A stretch of 64,000 nucleotides of DNA. Origin: Nitrospirota bacterium. Its GTDB lineage: Bacteria > Nitrospirota > 9FT-COMBO-42-15 > HDB-SIOI813. This document shows, one piece after another, positions 56,163 to 64,000 of this stretch. Both the position numbers and the translations under genes were made by a program. The notes under the pieces are model-generated. The model was not told the DNA's origin. It made no database searches and worked only from the letters and a program-made list of their open reading frames with translations. Location of the stretch: NCBI GenBank assembly GCA_020851375.1, contig JADZCV010000044.1:192285-256284 (forward strand), given 5' to 3'. How positions within the stretch are numbered: position 1 is the first letter of the stretch; every line of letters starts with the position of its first letter.

Positions 56163-59100
56163 CTAATACGGTACCAGTAATTCAAATGCGCCGCCAACAG
56201 CCTGCAATCTGATCCAGTAGGCCTTCCATGGCTGCATCACAGGGCTGCAGCGGGTGCCTTGATGCTCTCCTGCCACGTCACTGGCACAGGTCTCAAACGT
56301 ATAATTGATGCCATTGTAGGTATAAATAGACCCATCAAGCCAGTTCAGGGCTGCAACTGCATCCTGGAATGACGCTACCTGCACCTGTCCCTGAACCGTC
56401 CGCCTGACATACAGGCCCTGCTCCCGCTCTTCTATACTGCCATTGCCATTGGCATCTACAGGGCTGAAGTTTGTCTCCTTGTCAAACGGGTTGCCGATCA
56501 TGTTCCATCCACCCTTAATTGATAATGCGTAGCACTCAAAGGCGCCCCCATTATCGTCAGTACAGGTCTCAGTGGAAGACTGAGTTGACGCAGGGGGGAC
56601 ATCAAGCGTGAACTTTCCAGCCGGTGCCCAAAGTAAATATCCGGTACCTTCGCTGACAGAGGTCAGCCTTGAACATGTATATTGTGCCGGATTTGAACTG
56701 AAAGGGCCCGGCTCTCCATCATAACAGCCGCTGTCAAAGTCTGATCCCCTTGAATCCCACCGGTATACCTGCAGCTTATAGTCCGGGGTCACTACGTCAT
56801 CACCAAATACATCCTTAGGTGTATCAGGATTGGGATGATACGGCACAGATATCAGGTTGTATGCATAGGGGGCAAGGGGTGTCATACCCTTTGCCGGCCC
56901 GGTTGAGATAAGGGACCTATGGTCCTCAGCTACTGAGGAGTTCGCATCCGCCCCCCTCTCATCCAGTGCCCTGATAGCAAAATAGAACCTTGTATTCAGT
57001 GTCCTGTCGTCAATCACCCCGCCGCCTGTGTCTATCTTATTCTCAACAGGGACAATGTAGCATTCCTTCATTCCTGGTGTGCGGGGGGCCAAAAACCCTT
57101 CTGCCGGTGCAGCAAGTATTGCATTGGAGAATGGAATCTGGCCGGGACCAGGTGCTGAACTATCAACGACGATCTCTCTCGTGGAATAGCGCATGTCATA
57201 TCCTGTAACAGCCCCTGAGGACATATCTGACCCGTCGTCCGGCGGCGCAGTCCAGCAGAGTGTCATGGTGTCTTTTGACGCATCTGTTACCGAAAGGTCT
57301 GAAATAGCGCCAGGCCTTGTTGTATCATCCGATACGAGCGTGTGTGCCGGACATCCGGAACAGGTCGAGATAGAAGAGACATTGCCTGCATCATCCGTTG
57401 TCTTAAGTGCAATGTAATAATTGGTATTGGCAAATAGCTGCGAAATCGTGCATGACTCAGACTCCCCTGCAGATTTGGGCTTTCCAGGTATACTTTCTCC
57501 GGCTTTACAACTGACTGCCCTGGCCGCCTGTATGAAGTTGCCATCTGTAATAGGGGATGTTGAATACCGCAGGTCATAGTATGCTGCGGTATCACTCATA
57601 CCGTCATCTCCTGGTGACGTCCATGAGACCTTGAAAGAGGTTGCAGTAATATCGCTAATGTCAAGGACTACAGAGGCAGGGGGTGTCGTATCACTACTGT
57701 TGATAACCGCCCTGACTGAATCAACCTTTCCGCTGTCCCCGGTTGAACGAATATCAAACAGGATCGTCTCAGAACCTGAGGTAAATGACGAAGGCGGGGT
57801 AATCCGGAAAGTAAAGAATGGGAACTCTCCCCCGTTATAGTTCGCCGGATTCCCTGCAGTTGCAGTCGGTACATTCACAGGGGAGCTGTACTCAACAACA
57901 CTGCCGTCATTTAGTCTCTCCTGCATCACAACACCCCAACCGCCGGATGGCGTGTTCCAGGAAATAAGATAGCTGTCTGCAATATTCCCTTCATTCTGTA
58001 CGCCAACCGTTATCTCCTTAGATGAGCCGTTTGAGATGTCAAGTGCGGTGCAACCACCGTTGCCTAAACCCAGCGCCCCGTATATGTTGTCCCCGGCCCC
58101 CGCTGTACCACAGCCTGCACCCAAAGTTCCGTAGCCTGAAATAGTACCTCCCGCATTATAACCAAAACCATAGATGACCCCGTCAACTTTGTAGGTCGCC
58201 TTTAAATCGAGGCGGGCCTTGAGCGAGTCCATATATTGTGCAGCGCCGTTAGAATAGATATTGACGTCAATATCTGCTGCCCGGGGCTGGCCTGCCGGAA
58301 TAATTTTTAATGTAAATATCTGTTCAAAATCACTGTGGGGCTGAGACCTTACCGGCGCAGTGGTAAACCCGACTGATGCTGTAATGCCATGATCGCCTGA
58401 ATCGTCACTGATAACTGCTGTCCAGCCAACAGGGAGAGGGTTTCGGAGAGAGAGGGTATAGGTATCCGGAACATTCCCCTCATTTTGCAGGGTAATAGTA
58501 TATGAGATGCTGTCCCCTGGCCCCGCCTCCTTAATCTGGGACGTGCCACCTCCTCCGGTGCGGGCCGGGTCATACTGGTTGTTTCCATCTCCGTCAATCA
58601 GGCCATCCGCCTGATAAATACTGTTGATTTGTGTGGCTGCCCGGATAGAATCTACCTTCGCATAATCATTTTCCGAGCGGAGATTAACGATAATGTCCTG
58701 CGTGACAGCGCCCGGGGCATATGCAGAAGGGGTAACCTTCAGTGTATAGGCCTTTTCCGAACCCGCGTTCAGTGATACGGAGGCAGGGGATGTCAGGTCA
58801 GCGTTGCTGTCATTCAATAAGACCGCCCAGTCCCCGGATATATCTGAAGGGGTGTTCCAGGAAATAATAAAGGTATCGTCCACACTCTGAGATGTGCCGT
58901 CATTTTGAACCTGTATATCATACGTAAGCGGCTGCTGGAGCCTGAATCCGGGATCTGCGTTCTTTGAAGCCTCCCCTCCTGCACCTGATCCAAAGGACCC
59001 GTAAGCATTATCACCATTTGCCTCAATGATCAGGTCAGGCTGGTACACACCACTCGCTGTAAAATAGCCGATCCGGCTTTCACGTAAAAACGGGGTCACT

Positions 59101-61502
59101 GTACCCAGCTCTGAAAACAGGATGACCCTGTATTGCAGCCACTGGTCGTTATTATTGCCGCTATAGCCGCTCCTGTGGGCCGGGTTTATCGGCTCCCTTC
59201 CATCAGGGTCAGTATAGGTATCTGTAAAGGTAGATCCGGATGAATATGTATAAGAAGTGGCTGAGTCAAGTGTAATAACAGATGTTGCCAGATTGACATC
59301 TGTGATCTTTTTTGTTTCATTCTGATTGGCGTTTGCACTATTGGTAATAGTGACCCTGCCGCCGGCACTGAAGCCGGCCGCACTTCCCACGGAAATCTGA
59401 GAAACACCTTTTGCGGCTGAAAATGTCGTTGAATGGGGCCCATACCACTGACTCCATGAGGAACCGTTAGGAGATGTCCTTAACTGGAGCGAAACATCAG
59501 TACCTGCGGGGATATCCTCTGACCATTTCCAGCGATTGATGACATCAGCTGTATCTGTTGTATCATAGGGTGAACTGATCAGCATCTGCAGGGAGGGTAT
59601 CTCCTCAAAATTTATCGTTACATCGTTTAGTTTCGGGTCATATGCCGGGTCAATCTCAGGCCTCTCGAAAAAGGCCTTGAAACGTATGTAGCGCCGTTCA
59701 TTATGACCCTGATTAATGGTGGCCCCGGGGCTTACATAGTCATAACCAGACTCCCCTGGAAGCTCCTCATAATTCCACGTCTGGTTATCGTTATTCGTGG
59801 CAATCTGAAACTTAAGTGATGAACCTGCAGGCACAGTAGCGCCCCATGTAATGGATTTAAAAAAGGCCCCGCCAGTACCAATATCAAATGAAGGGGACTC
59901 ATAGGCGCCGAGAAGAAAAGAAGCCAATCCATAATTAACCGTCACATCCTGCAGTACAGGACTGTCGGCAAGATCGGTCGTCGCCCGGTGGAAAAAGGCC
60001 TTGTACCGGACATAGCGGTCTCTGTCATGGACTGAAGAGATGGCAGCAGGAGAACTGTCATAATATGTGCCTGATGTCCCGTCCGGCCCCTTAAAATTCC
60101 ATGTCTGGTTATCGTTATTTGTGGCAATCTGAAATTTCAGAGTAGACCCTGAAGGTACGGTCGCGTTCCAGACAAGGGTATGCAGGAGGGCCCCCCCGGG
60201 ACCTGTATCAAATGAAGGGGACTCGTAACTGCCGTCAGTAAATCCGGCGGCAATCCTTAAAGAGGCATTCACGTCAGGATAGGCGGTTTTCACATCAAAG
60301 GCATCTACTCCTACCGCTACATTTAATGCACTGTTGTTTTTCTTCCCTGTGACCACAATCCTCAGGGTATGTGCGGTGTTGCTCAGACCGCTGACTGTAA
60401 ACAGGGATTGCCTGGACAGGAGTGTGCTGCTGTAAAGGTCAACACTCCCCTGAAGCTGCCCGTCGAGGAAGACATTTGCTATTCCAAAATCACGGTATTT
60501 TGGACCATACCAGGTCGCCTGCGTCCCTGTAAAGGCAAGGGTAGCAGAAGCGCCTGTTTCAATGGAAAATATAATGGTCCCGCCATAGGCACCTGAAGAA
60601 AACCACTGCCCGGTCGTGACCACAGCAGGATTTGTCTCCTCATATGTTGTCGTGGCATAGTATCCGGTCCCAACCAGTTGCAGGTTAGTCAGTGTCCCCC
60701 TGTCAAAATCAAGCAGATCTGCCTTCTGCGTAACAGAAGATGTCCCATCAACGAAGGTTATGTATGCACCGGCGTCCGGGTTCGGAACACCTACAATAAA
60801 GGCATACACTCCCACGGCAGGATCGGATGAACTGCTGTTTTTCCTGCCTGTGACCACAATCCTGAGGGTATGCTGTGTGTTGCTCAGACCACTGGCTGTA
60901 AAGAGGGTCTGCTGAGACTGGAGTGTGCTGCTGTACAAGTCAACGCTCCCCTGAAAGTTTCCATCCAGATAAACATCTGCAATTCCAAATGAATTGTATT
61001 TCGGCCCAATCCATGTCGCCTGCGTTCCTGTAAAGGTAAGGGTAACCGTAGCGCCTGTCTCTACAGAAAAAATATACCTTCCACCGGAAGGATTATATAA
61101 CGTTGAAGAATACCACTGCCCGGTCTTGCTGACTACCGACGTATTATCTTCCTGATATGTTGTGTAATTATACCCACCTGTCCCGACCAGTTTGAGATTG
61201 GTCAGGGTACCCCTGTCGAAATCATTCAGGTCTGCTGTCTGAATTATGGAGGCAGGTTGAGGGAAAATAGAAAGCTCTCCGGCTATTGAGGTACTTACAT
61301 ATGGGTCCTTACTGTAAAATTTGGTCCATCCGGTTTGTCCACCAGGATGGACTGCAGTGGCAGAGGTATCAGCTCCTCCTGTCCAGTCGCTCTGGACCCA
61401 GTTATAATTGGAGGCATAAAGGGACCCAGGTGTACATAACAGAATAAGGGTCAAAATTTGCACTATAAATGCCTTTGCCTTATCTCTCATGTCTGTATCC
61501 AT
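56163..61502 (-). CDS. giant secreted surface protein (1779 aa) with internal tandem duplicated domains, FN3 domains and a conserved C-terminal domain
   Basis: Signal peptide MDTDMRDKAKAFIVQILTLILLCTPGSLYA. Two roughly 173-aa tandem repeats (ADLNDFDRGTLTNLKLVG... / ADLLDFDRGTLTNLQLVG...) and a second repeat pair (GSTLKFQIATNNDNQTWNF / GSSLKFQIATNNDNQTWNY). FN3 motifs SWTSPGDDGMSDTAAYYDLRYS and CWTAPPDDGSDMSSGAVTGYDMRYS. Ser/Thr-rich. Confidence 0.7.
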   Translation of the reverse strand: MDTDMRDKAKAFIVQILTLILLCTPGSLYASNYNWVQSDWTGGADTSATAVHPGGQTGWTKFYSKDPYVSTSIAGELSIFPQPASIIQTADLNDFDRGTLTNLKLVGTGGYNYTTYQEDNTSVVSKTGQWYSSTLYNPSGGRYIFSVETGATVTLTFTGTQATWIGPKYNSFGIADVYLDGNFQGSVDLYSSTLQSQQTLFTASGLSNTQHTLRIVVTGRKNSSSSDPAVGVYAFIVGVPNPDAGAYITFVDGTSSVTQKADLLDFDRGTLTNLQLVGTGYYATTTYEETNPAVVTTGQWFSSGAYGGTIIFSIETGASATLAFTGTQATWYGPKYRDFGIANVFLDGQLQGSVDLYSSTLLSRQSLFTVSGLSNTAHTLRIVVTGKKNNSALNVAVGVDAFDVKTAYPDVNASLRIAAGFTDGSYESPSFDTGPGGALLHTLVWNATVPSGSTLKFQIATNNDNQTWNFKGPDGTSGTYYDSSPAAISSVHDRDRYVRYKAFFHRATTDLADSPVLQDVTVNYGLASFLLGAYESPSFDIGTGGAFFKSITWGATVPAGSSLKFQIATNNDNQTWNYEELPGESGYDYVSPGATINQGHNERRYIRFKAFFERPEIDPAYDPKLNDVTINFEEIPSLQMLISSPYDTTDTADVINRWKWSEDIPAGTDVSLQLRTSPNGSSWSQWYGPHSTTFSAAKGVSQISVGSAAGFSAGGRVTITNSANANQNETKKITDVNLATSVITLDSATSYTYSSGSTFTDTYTDPDGREPINPAHRSGYSGNNNDQWLQYRVILFSELGTVTPFLRESRIGYFTASGVYQPDLIIEANGDNAYGSFGSGAGGEASKNADPGFRLQQPLTYDIQVQNDGTSQSVDDTFIISWNTPSDISGDWAVLLNDSNADLTSPASVSLNAGSEKAYTLKVTPSAYAPGAVTQDIIVNLRSENDYAKVDSIRAATQINSIYQADGLIDGDGNNQYDPARTGGGGTSQIKEAGPGDSISYTITLQNEGNVPDTYTLSLRNPLPVGWTAVISDDSGDHGITASVGFTTAPVRSQPHSDFEQIFTLKIIPAGQPRAADIDVNIYSNGAAQYMDSLKARLDLKATYKVDGVIYGFGYNAGGTISGYGTLGAGCGTAGAGDNIYGALGLGNGGCTALDISNGSSKEITVGVQNEGNIADSYLISWNTPSGGWGVVMQERLNDGSVVEYSSPVNVPTATAGNPANYNGGEFPFFTFRITPPSSFTSGSETILFDIRSTGDSGKVDSVRAVINSSDTTPPASVVLDISDITATSFKVSWTSPGDDGMSDTAAYYDLRYSTSPITDGNFIQAARAVSCKAGESIPGKPKSAGESESCTISQLFANTNYYIALKTTDDAGNVSSISTCSGCPAHTLVSDDTTRPGAISDLSVTDASKDTMTLCWTAPPDDGSDMSSGAVTGYDMRYSTREIVVDSSAPGPGQIPFSNAILAAPAEGFLAPRTPGMKECYIVPVENKIDTGGGVIDDRTLNTRFYFAIRALDERGADANSSVAEDHRSLISTGPAKGMTPLAPYAYNLISVPYHPNPDTPKDVFGDDVVTPDYKLQVYRWDSRGSDFDSGCYDGEPGPFSSNPAQYTCSRLTSVSEGTGYLLWAPAGKFTLDVPPASTQSSTETCTDDNGGAFECYALSIKGGWNMIGNPFDKETNFSPVDANGNGSIEEREQGLYVRRTVQGQVQVASFQDAVAALNWLDGSIYTYNGINYTFETCASDVAGEHQGTRCSPVMQPWKAYWIRLQAVGGAFELLVPY

Positions 61503-61562
61503 TTATAAGATAAGTATTGCAAATAACATGCCCCCTTTCCAGCTCATCTCAACTGATACGGG

Positions 61563-62378
61563 TTACTTTCTACCCTCCCTGGGTGTGTCAAGTGCAGCCA
61601 ACCGCTGTTCTGCAAGTTTGACAAAGTTTTCTGTCTGAGGCCTTTTTGAGGCCCTCTCCCTGACGATCTTGTATTGCCTGGATGCCAGATCTCTTTTCCC
61701 CTGGGCCTCATAGACCCTGGCCAGGTTAAAGTAGGTTGGGTAGTAATCCGGGTTTCGCTTTATAGATGCCCCAAATGCCTGGATCGCCCTGTCAAAATTC
61801 TTCATGTTCGCATAAATCGTCCCTGCATTGTTGAACACCTGGTAGGAGGCGGGATCCTTCTTGCCCACCTCATGATACACCTGCAGCGCCTTTTCCAGCC
61901 TCCCCATCCTCTGGTAGGTCACCCCAAGTGAATACATTACATCCACACGGTCAGGGGCAAGCTTCAATGTCCTCTCAAAGGACTCAACTGCCTTATCATA
62001 ATCCTGTGCCCTCATATAGGATAAAGACAAACCATAGTTGGCTGCAAAAGCGTCTGGTTTTGCACTTACACTTTTCTGGAACTCTTTAATGGCCTGCCCA
62101 TAATTCCCTGCCTTAAAGAAATCCTCACCCATCTTCTGATGTTTGGTGTAATAATTCGGGTCAGACTTCTCCATATACTTAAAGACATAAATCCCAGCCG
62201 GGATAACCACCAGCAACGCCACAAACAAAATCACAATATACTTCCAGGGCAGGCGTCTGCTCAGGGAAGGTCCACCCTCCAGGTTCTCCCCAGACCCGCG
62301 GGCCTGTTGAATAATTTCCTCTCCTGCAGTGTCATCCCTGTCCATGCCTTCTCTAATTTCCGGACTCTTGTCGTCCAT
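61563..62378 (-). CDS. TPR-repeat protein with single N-terminal membrane anchor
   Basis: WKYIVILFVALLVVIPAGIYVF TM then 5 TPRs (AIKEFQKSVSAKP..., YSLGVTYQRMGRLEKALQVY..., FNLARVYEAQGKRDLA...). Confidence 0.7.
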   Translation of the reverse strand: MDDKSPEIREGMDRDDTAGEEIIQQARGSGENLEGGPSLSRRLPWKYIVILFVALLVVIPAGIYVFKYMEKSDPNYYTKHQKMGEDFFKAGNYGQAIKEFQKSVSAKPDAFAANYGLSLSYMRAQDYDKAVESFERTLKLAPDRVDVMYSLGVTYQRMGRLEKALQVYHEVGKKDPASYQVFNNAGTIYANMKNFDRAIQAFGASIKRNPDYYPTYFNLARVYEAQGKRDLASRQYKIVRERASKRPQTENFVKLAEQRLAALDTPREGRK

Positions 62379-64000
62379 TTTCCCTTCTCCTTGCCTTAAT
62401 GTTATATTGTTTCAGTCTTTCGAGGCGTATGCCTGCCTCGCTGGAAAGGTCCCCTTCATCTCCATGCGCATTTTCCGCCACTATGCGATATTGTTCAGCC
62501 GCCTCCTCCTTTTTGCCGGATTCCTCCAGCAGCATCCCGAGGTTAAACCGTGAATACAGGTCGCCGGCAGATAAAGAAATGGCCTGTTTATAGGCATGGA
62601 CTGCCTCTTCAAGCCTGCCCTCTTTAGTATACAGGACACCCATGTTGTAATAGGCTTTATAATATCCGGGGTTTAATCTCGCAGCCTCCCTGAAATGCTT
62701 CTCAGAAAGATCAAGCCGGTCCATCCGGAAATAGGCCACAGCAAGATCATGATGAGTCTCTGCCTTAAAATAAAACGCCCTGAGGGCCTTCTCAAATTCC
62801 TGAGCCGCCATATCCCAGTTCTTCCGGGTCATATAGATCCTTGCCATAGCATCGTGTACAATAAAGTTGTCCTCCCCCCCTAATATCAGCGCCTTTTGAA
62901 ATGCATCAAATGCATCATTATACATTCCCCGCCAATGGTATGCAACCCCTAACGCCGTGTACCCCAGAGGAGATTGAGGTTCCTTTTGGACTGTGTCCCT
63001 CCATAAGGTCAGGTCATCCTTCCAAACCCTGTTCCGCTGGATAACGAGCGCCGAATATATGACGATCAGAAAGACAAGAAGAACGACCCCGGTCTTCCCC
63101 CGCATTTTTTTATCAAGCTCTCCTATGGCTATGCCTGCCAATACCACAAAACTGACACAGGCAAGATATCCCCTGTTTTCCTGAAAGATGGCATTCAACG
63201 GAATGATCGTGGTAGGCAATAGAACAATGAAAAACCACAACATAAAAAATGAGATATTCTTAAGCAAACGGGAAGAGGAGCGCAGAAGGAGTATCGCAAT
63301 AATAGTATAAACTGTAAGGAGAATGGCAGAAGAGATCACTGGAAAAGACCAGAAGGTCCTGAGTATCTCTACATGGTGGACCGGGGTCAGGTGAAGCGGG
63401 ATCAGGAACAGCTTCCAGTGCAGGATAAGGACAGGCAGGGAGGTCAATATCTGTGAAAATATGTCACGCTTGAAATGTGGCAGCACTCCGCCGGGAGAAT
63501 AAAACCACATGACAACATATGGGATCACAAATATTATAACAAAGGGGAGATAGGGGATGTATGTGCGCCAGTTAAATAAAATCCGGAGCGCTGAATGCCG
63601 GGCATCAGGTTCAGAATACCGGTTTTTTTTAAAATACAGATCATATAGCCATAGCACAATGGGCAGAGTTATTACAATCTCTTTACTCAGCATGCCGAGT
63701 ATAAAGACAAGGAGGGAGGCTGCGTAGTAAATTCCCCTTTCCCCCACTTTGTTAACGGTGGAAAAAGGGGGAATATTCCTGAACATTACCCAGCAGTAGA
63801 AGCCGAGCAGGTAGAAGAACCCGCTCATCACACTGAACCGTGCGGTAATGTAATTCACCGCCTCGGAGTTAAACGGGTGGACAAGAAAGATGAGACCGGC
63901 TGCCAGCGGGGTCAATATTCCCCCGGACCCTGCCCCCCCCAACATGGCCTGCAGGATCAGAAAGACCAGAAATGCCGACCCTGCATGAAAGGCCAGATTT
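62353..64000 (-). CDS. TMTC-like protein (membrane domain + TPR), paralog 3; 5' end beyond window
   Basis: LIFLVHPFNSEAVNYITARFSVMSGFFYL block homologous to residues about 120-150 of the 579-aa paralog, so the true N-terminus lies beyond 64000. C-terminal TPRs (LGVAYHWRGMYNDAFDAF..., YNMGVLYTKEGRLEEAVHAY...). Confidence 0.65.
   Translation of the reverse strand, partial: NLAFHAGSAFLVFLILQAMLGGAGSGGILTPLAAGLIFLVHPFNSEAVNYITARFSVMSGFFYLLGFYCWVMFRNIPPFSTVNKVGERGIYYAASLLVFILGMLSKEIVITLPIVLWLYDLYFKKNRYSEPDARHSALRILFNWRTYIPYLPFVIIFVIPYVVMWFYSPGGVLPHFKRDIFSQILTSLPVLILHWKLFLIPLHLTPVHHVEILRTFWSFPVISSAILLTVYTIIAILLLRSSSRLLKNISFFMLWFFIVLLPTTIIPLNAIFQENRGYLACVSFVVLAGIAIGELDKKMRGKTGVVLLVFLIVIYSALVIQRNRVWKDDLTLWRDTVQKEPQSPLGYTALGVAYHWRGMYNDAFDAFQKALILGGEDNFIVHDAMARIYMTRKNWDMAAQEFEKALRAFYFKAETHHDLAVAYFRMDRLDLSEKHFREAARLNPGYYKAYYNMGVLYTKEGRLEEAVHAYKQAISLSAGDLYSRFNLGMLLEESGKKEEAAEQYRIVAENAHGDEGDLSSEAGIRLERLKQYNIKARRRENGRQESGN

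Overview
Every gene I can support in this 64 kb window is on the minus strand (about 58 CDSs), and the window falls into two functional blocks. Coordinates 1 to 41314 hold a very large surface-polysaccharide (O-antigen or capsule-like) biosynthesis supercluster. It contains about 10 glycosyltransferases (GT2, GT4, a fused double GT4 and GtrB-like), nine SAM-dependent methyltransferases including a sugar C-methyltransferase and a TIGR04325-like methyltransferase, two DegT aminotransferases and a cupin ketoisomerase. It also carries a Gmd dehydratase, a nonulosonic-acid module (NeuB-like synthase, KdsC-like phosphatase, NeuA-like cytidylyltransferase) beside a fused transketolase, an aldehyde dehydrogenase and an SDR, an AsnB amidotransferase, and an XAT acetyltransferase. 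Both export routes are present: a Wzm/Wzt ABC exporter whose Wzt has a C-terminal carbohydrate-binding extension, and a Wzx-type flippase. Several polytopic membrane proteins that may be GT-C type glycosyltransferases are also encoded. This block is interrupted seven times by a composite palindromic intergenic repeat family. One repeat copy flanks a small GIY-YIG nuclease gene on both sides. Several copies supply the Shine-Dalgarno sequence, the GTG start and even N-terminal codons of the downstream genes. A winged-helix regulator at 41474..42154 separates the first block from the second. The second block (42354 to the window end) encodes three paralogous proteins with a polytopic membrane domain fused to TPR repeats (TMTC-like) and an ArnT/PMT-family GT-C protein. 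It also encodes a TPR membrane protein, three tandem FGE-sulfatase-domain proteins (two with lipobox signals) with no sulfatase present, an 11-12 heme c-type cytochrome, a small secreted protein with a C-terminal sorting-like tail, and two large secreted Ig/FN3-domain proteins (686 and 1779 aa) that share a C-terminal domain. I read this second block as a candidate protein O-glycosylation and cell-surface system. No rRNA, tRNA or CRISPR array was recognised. Plus-strand ORFs in the track are antisense to conserved genes and are treated as spurious. All product calls rest on motif recognition by eye and none was checked against a database.
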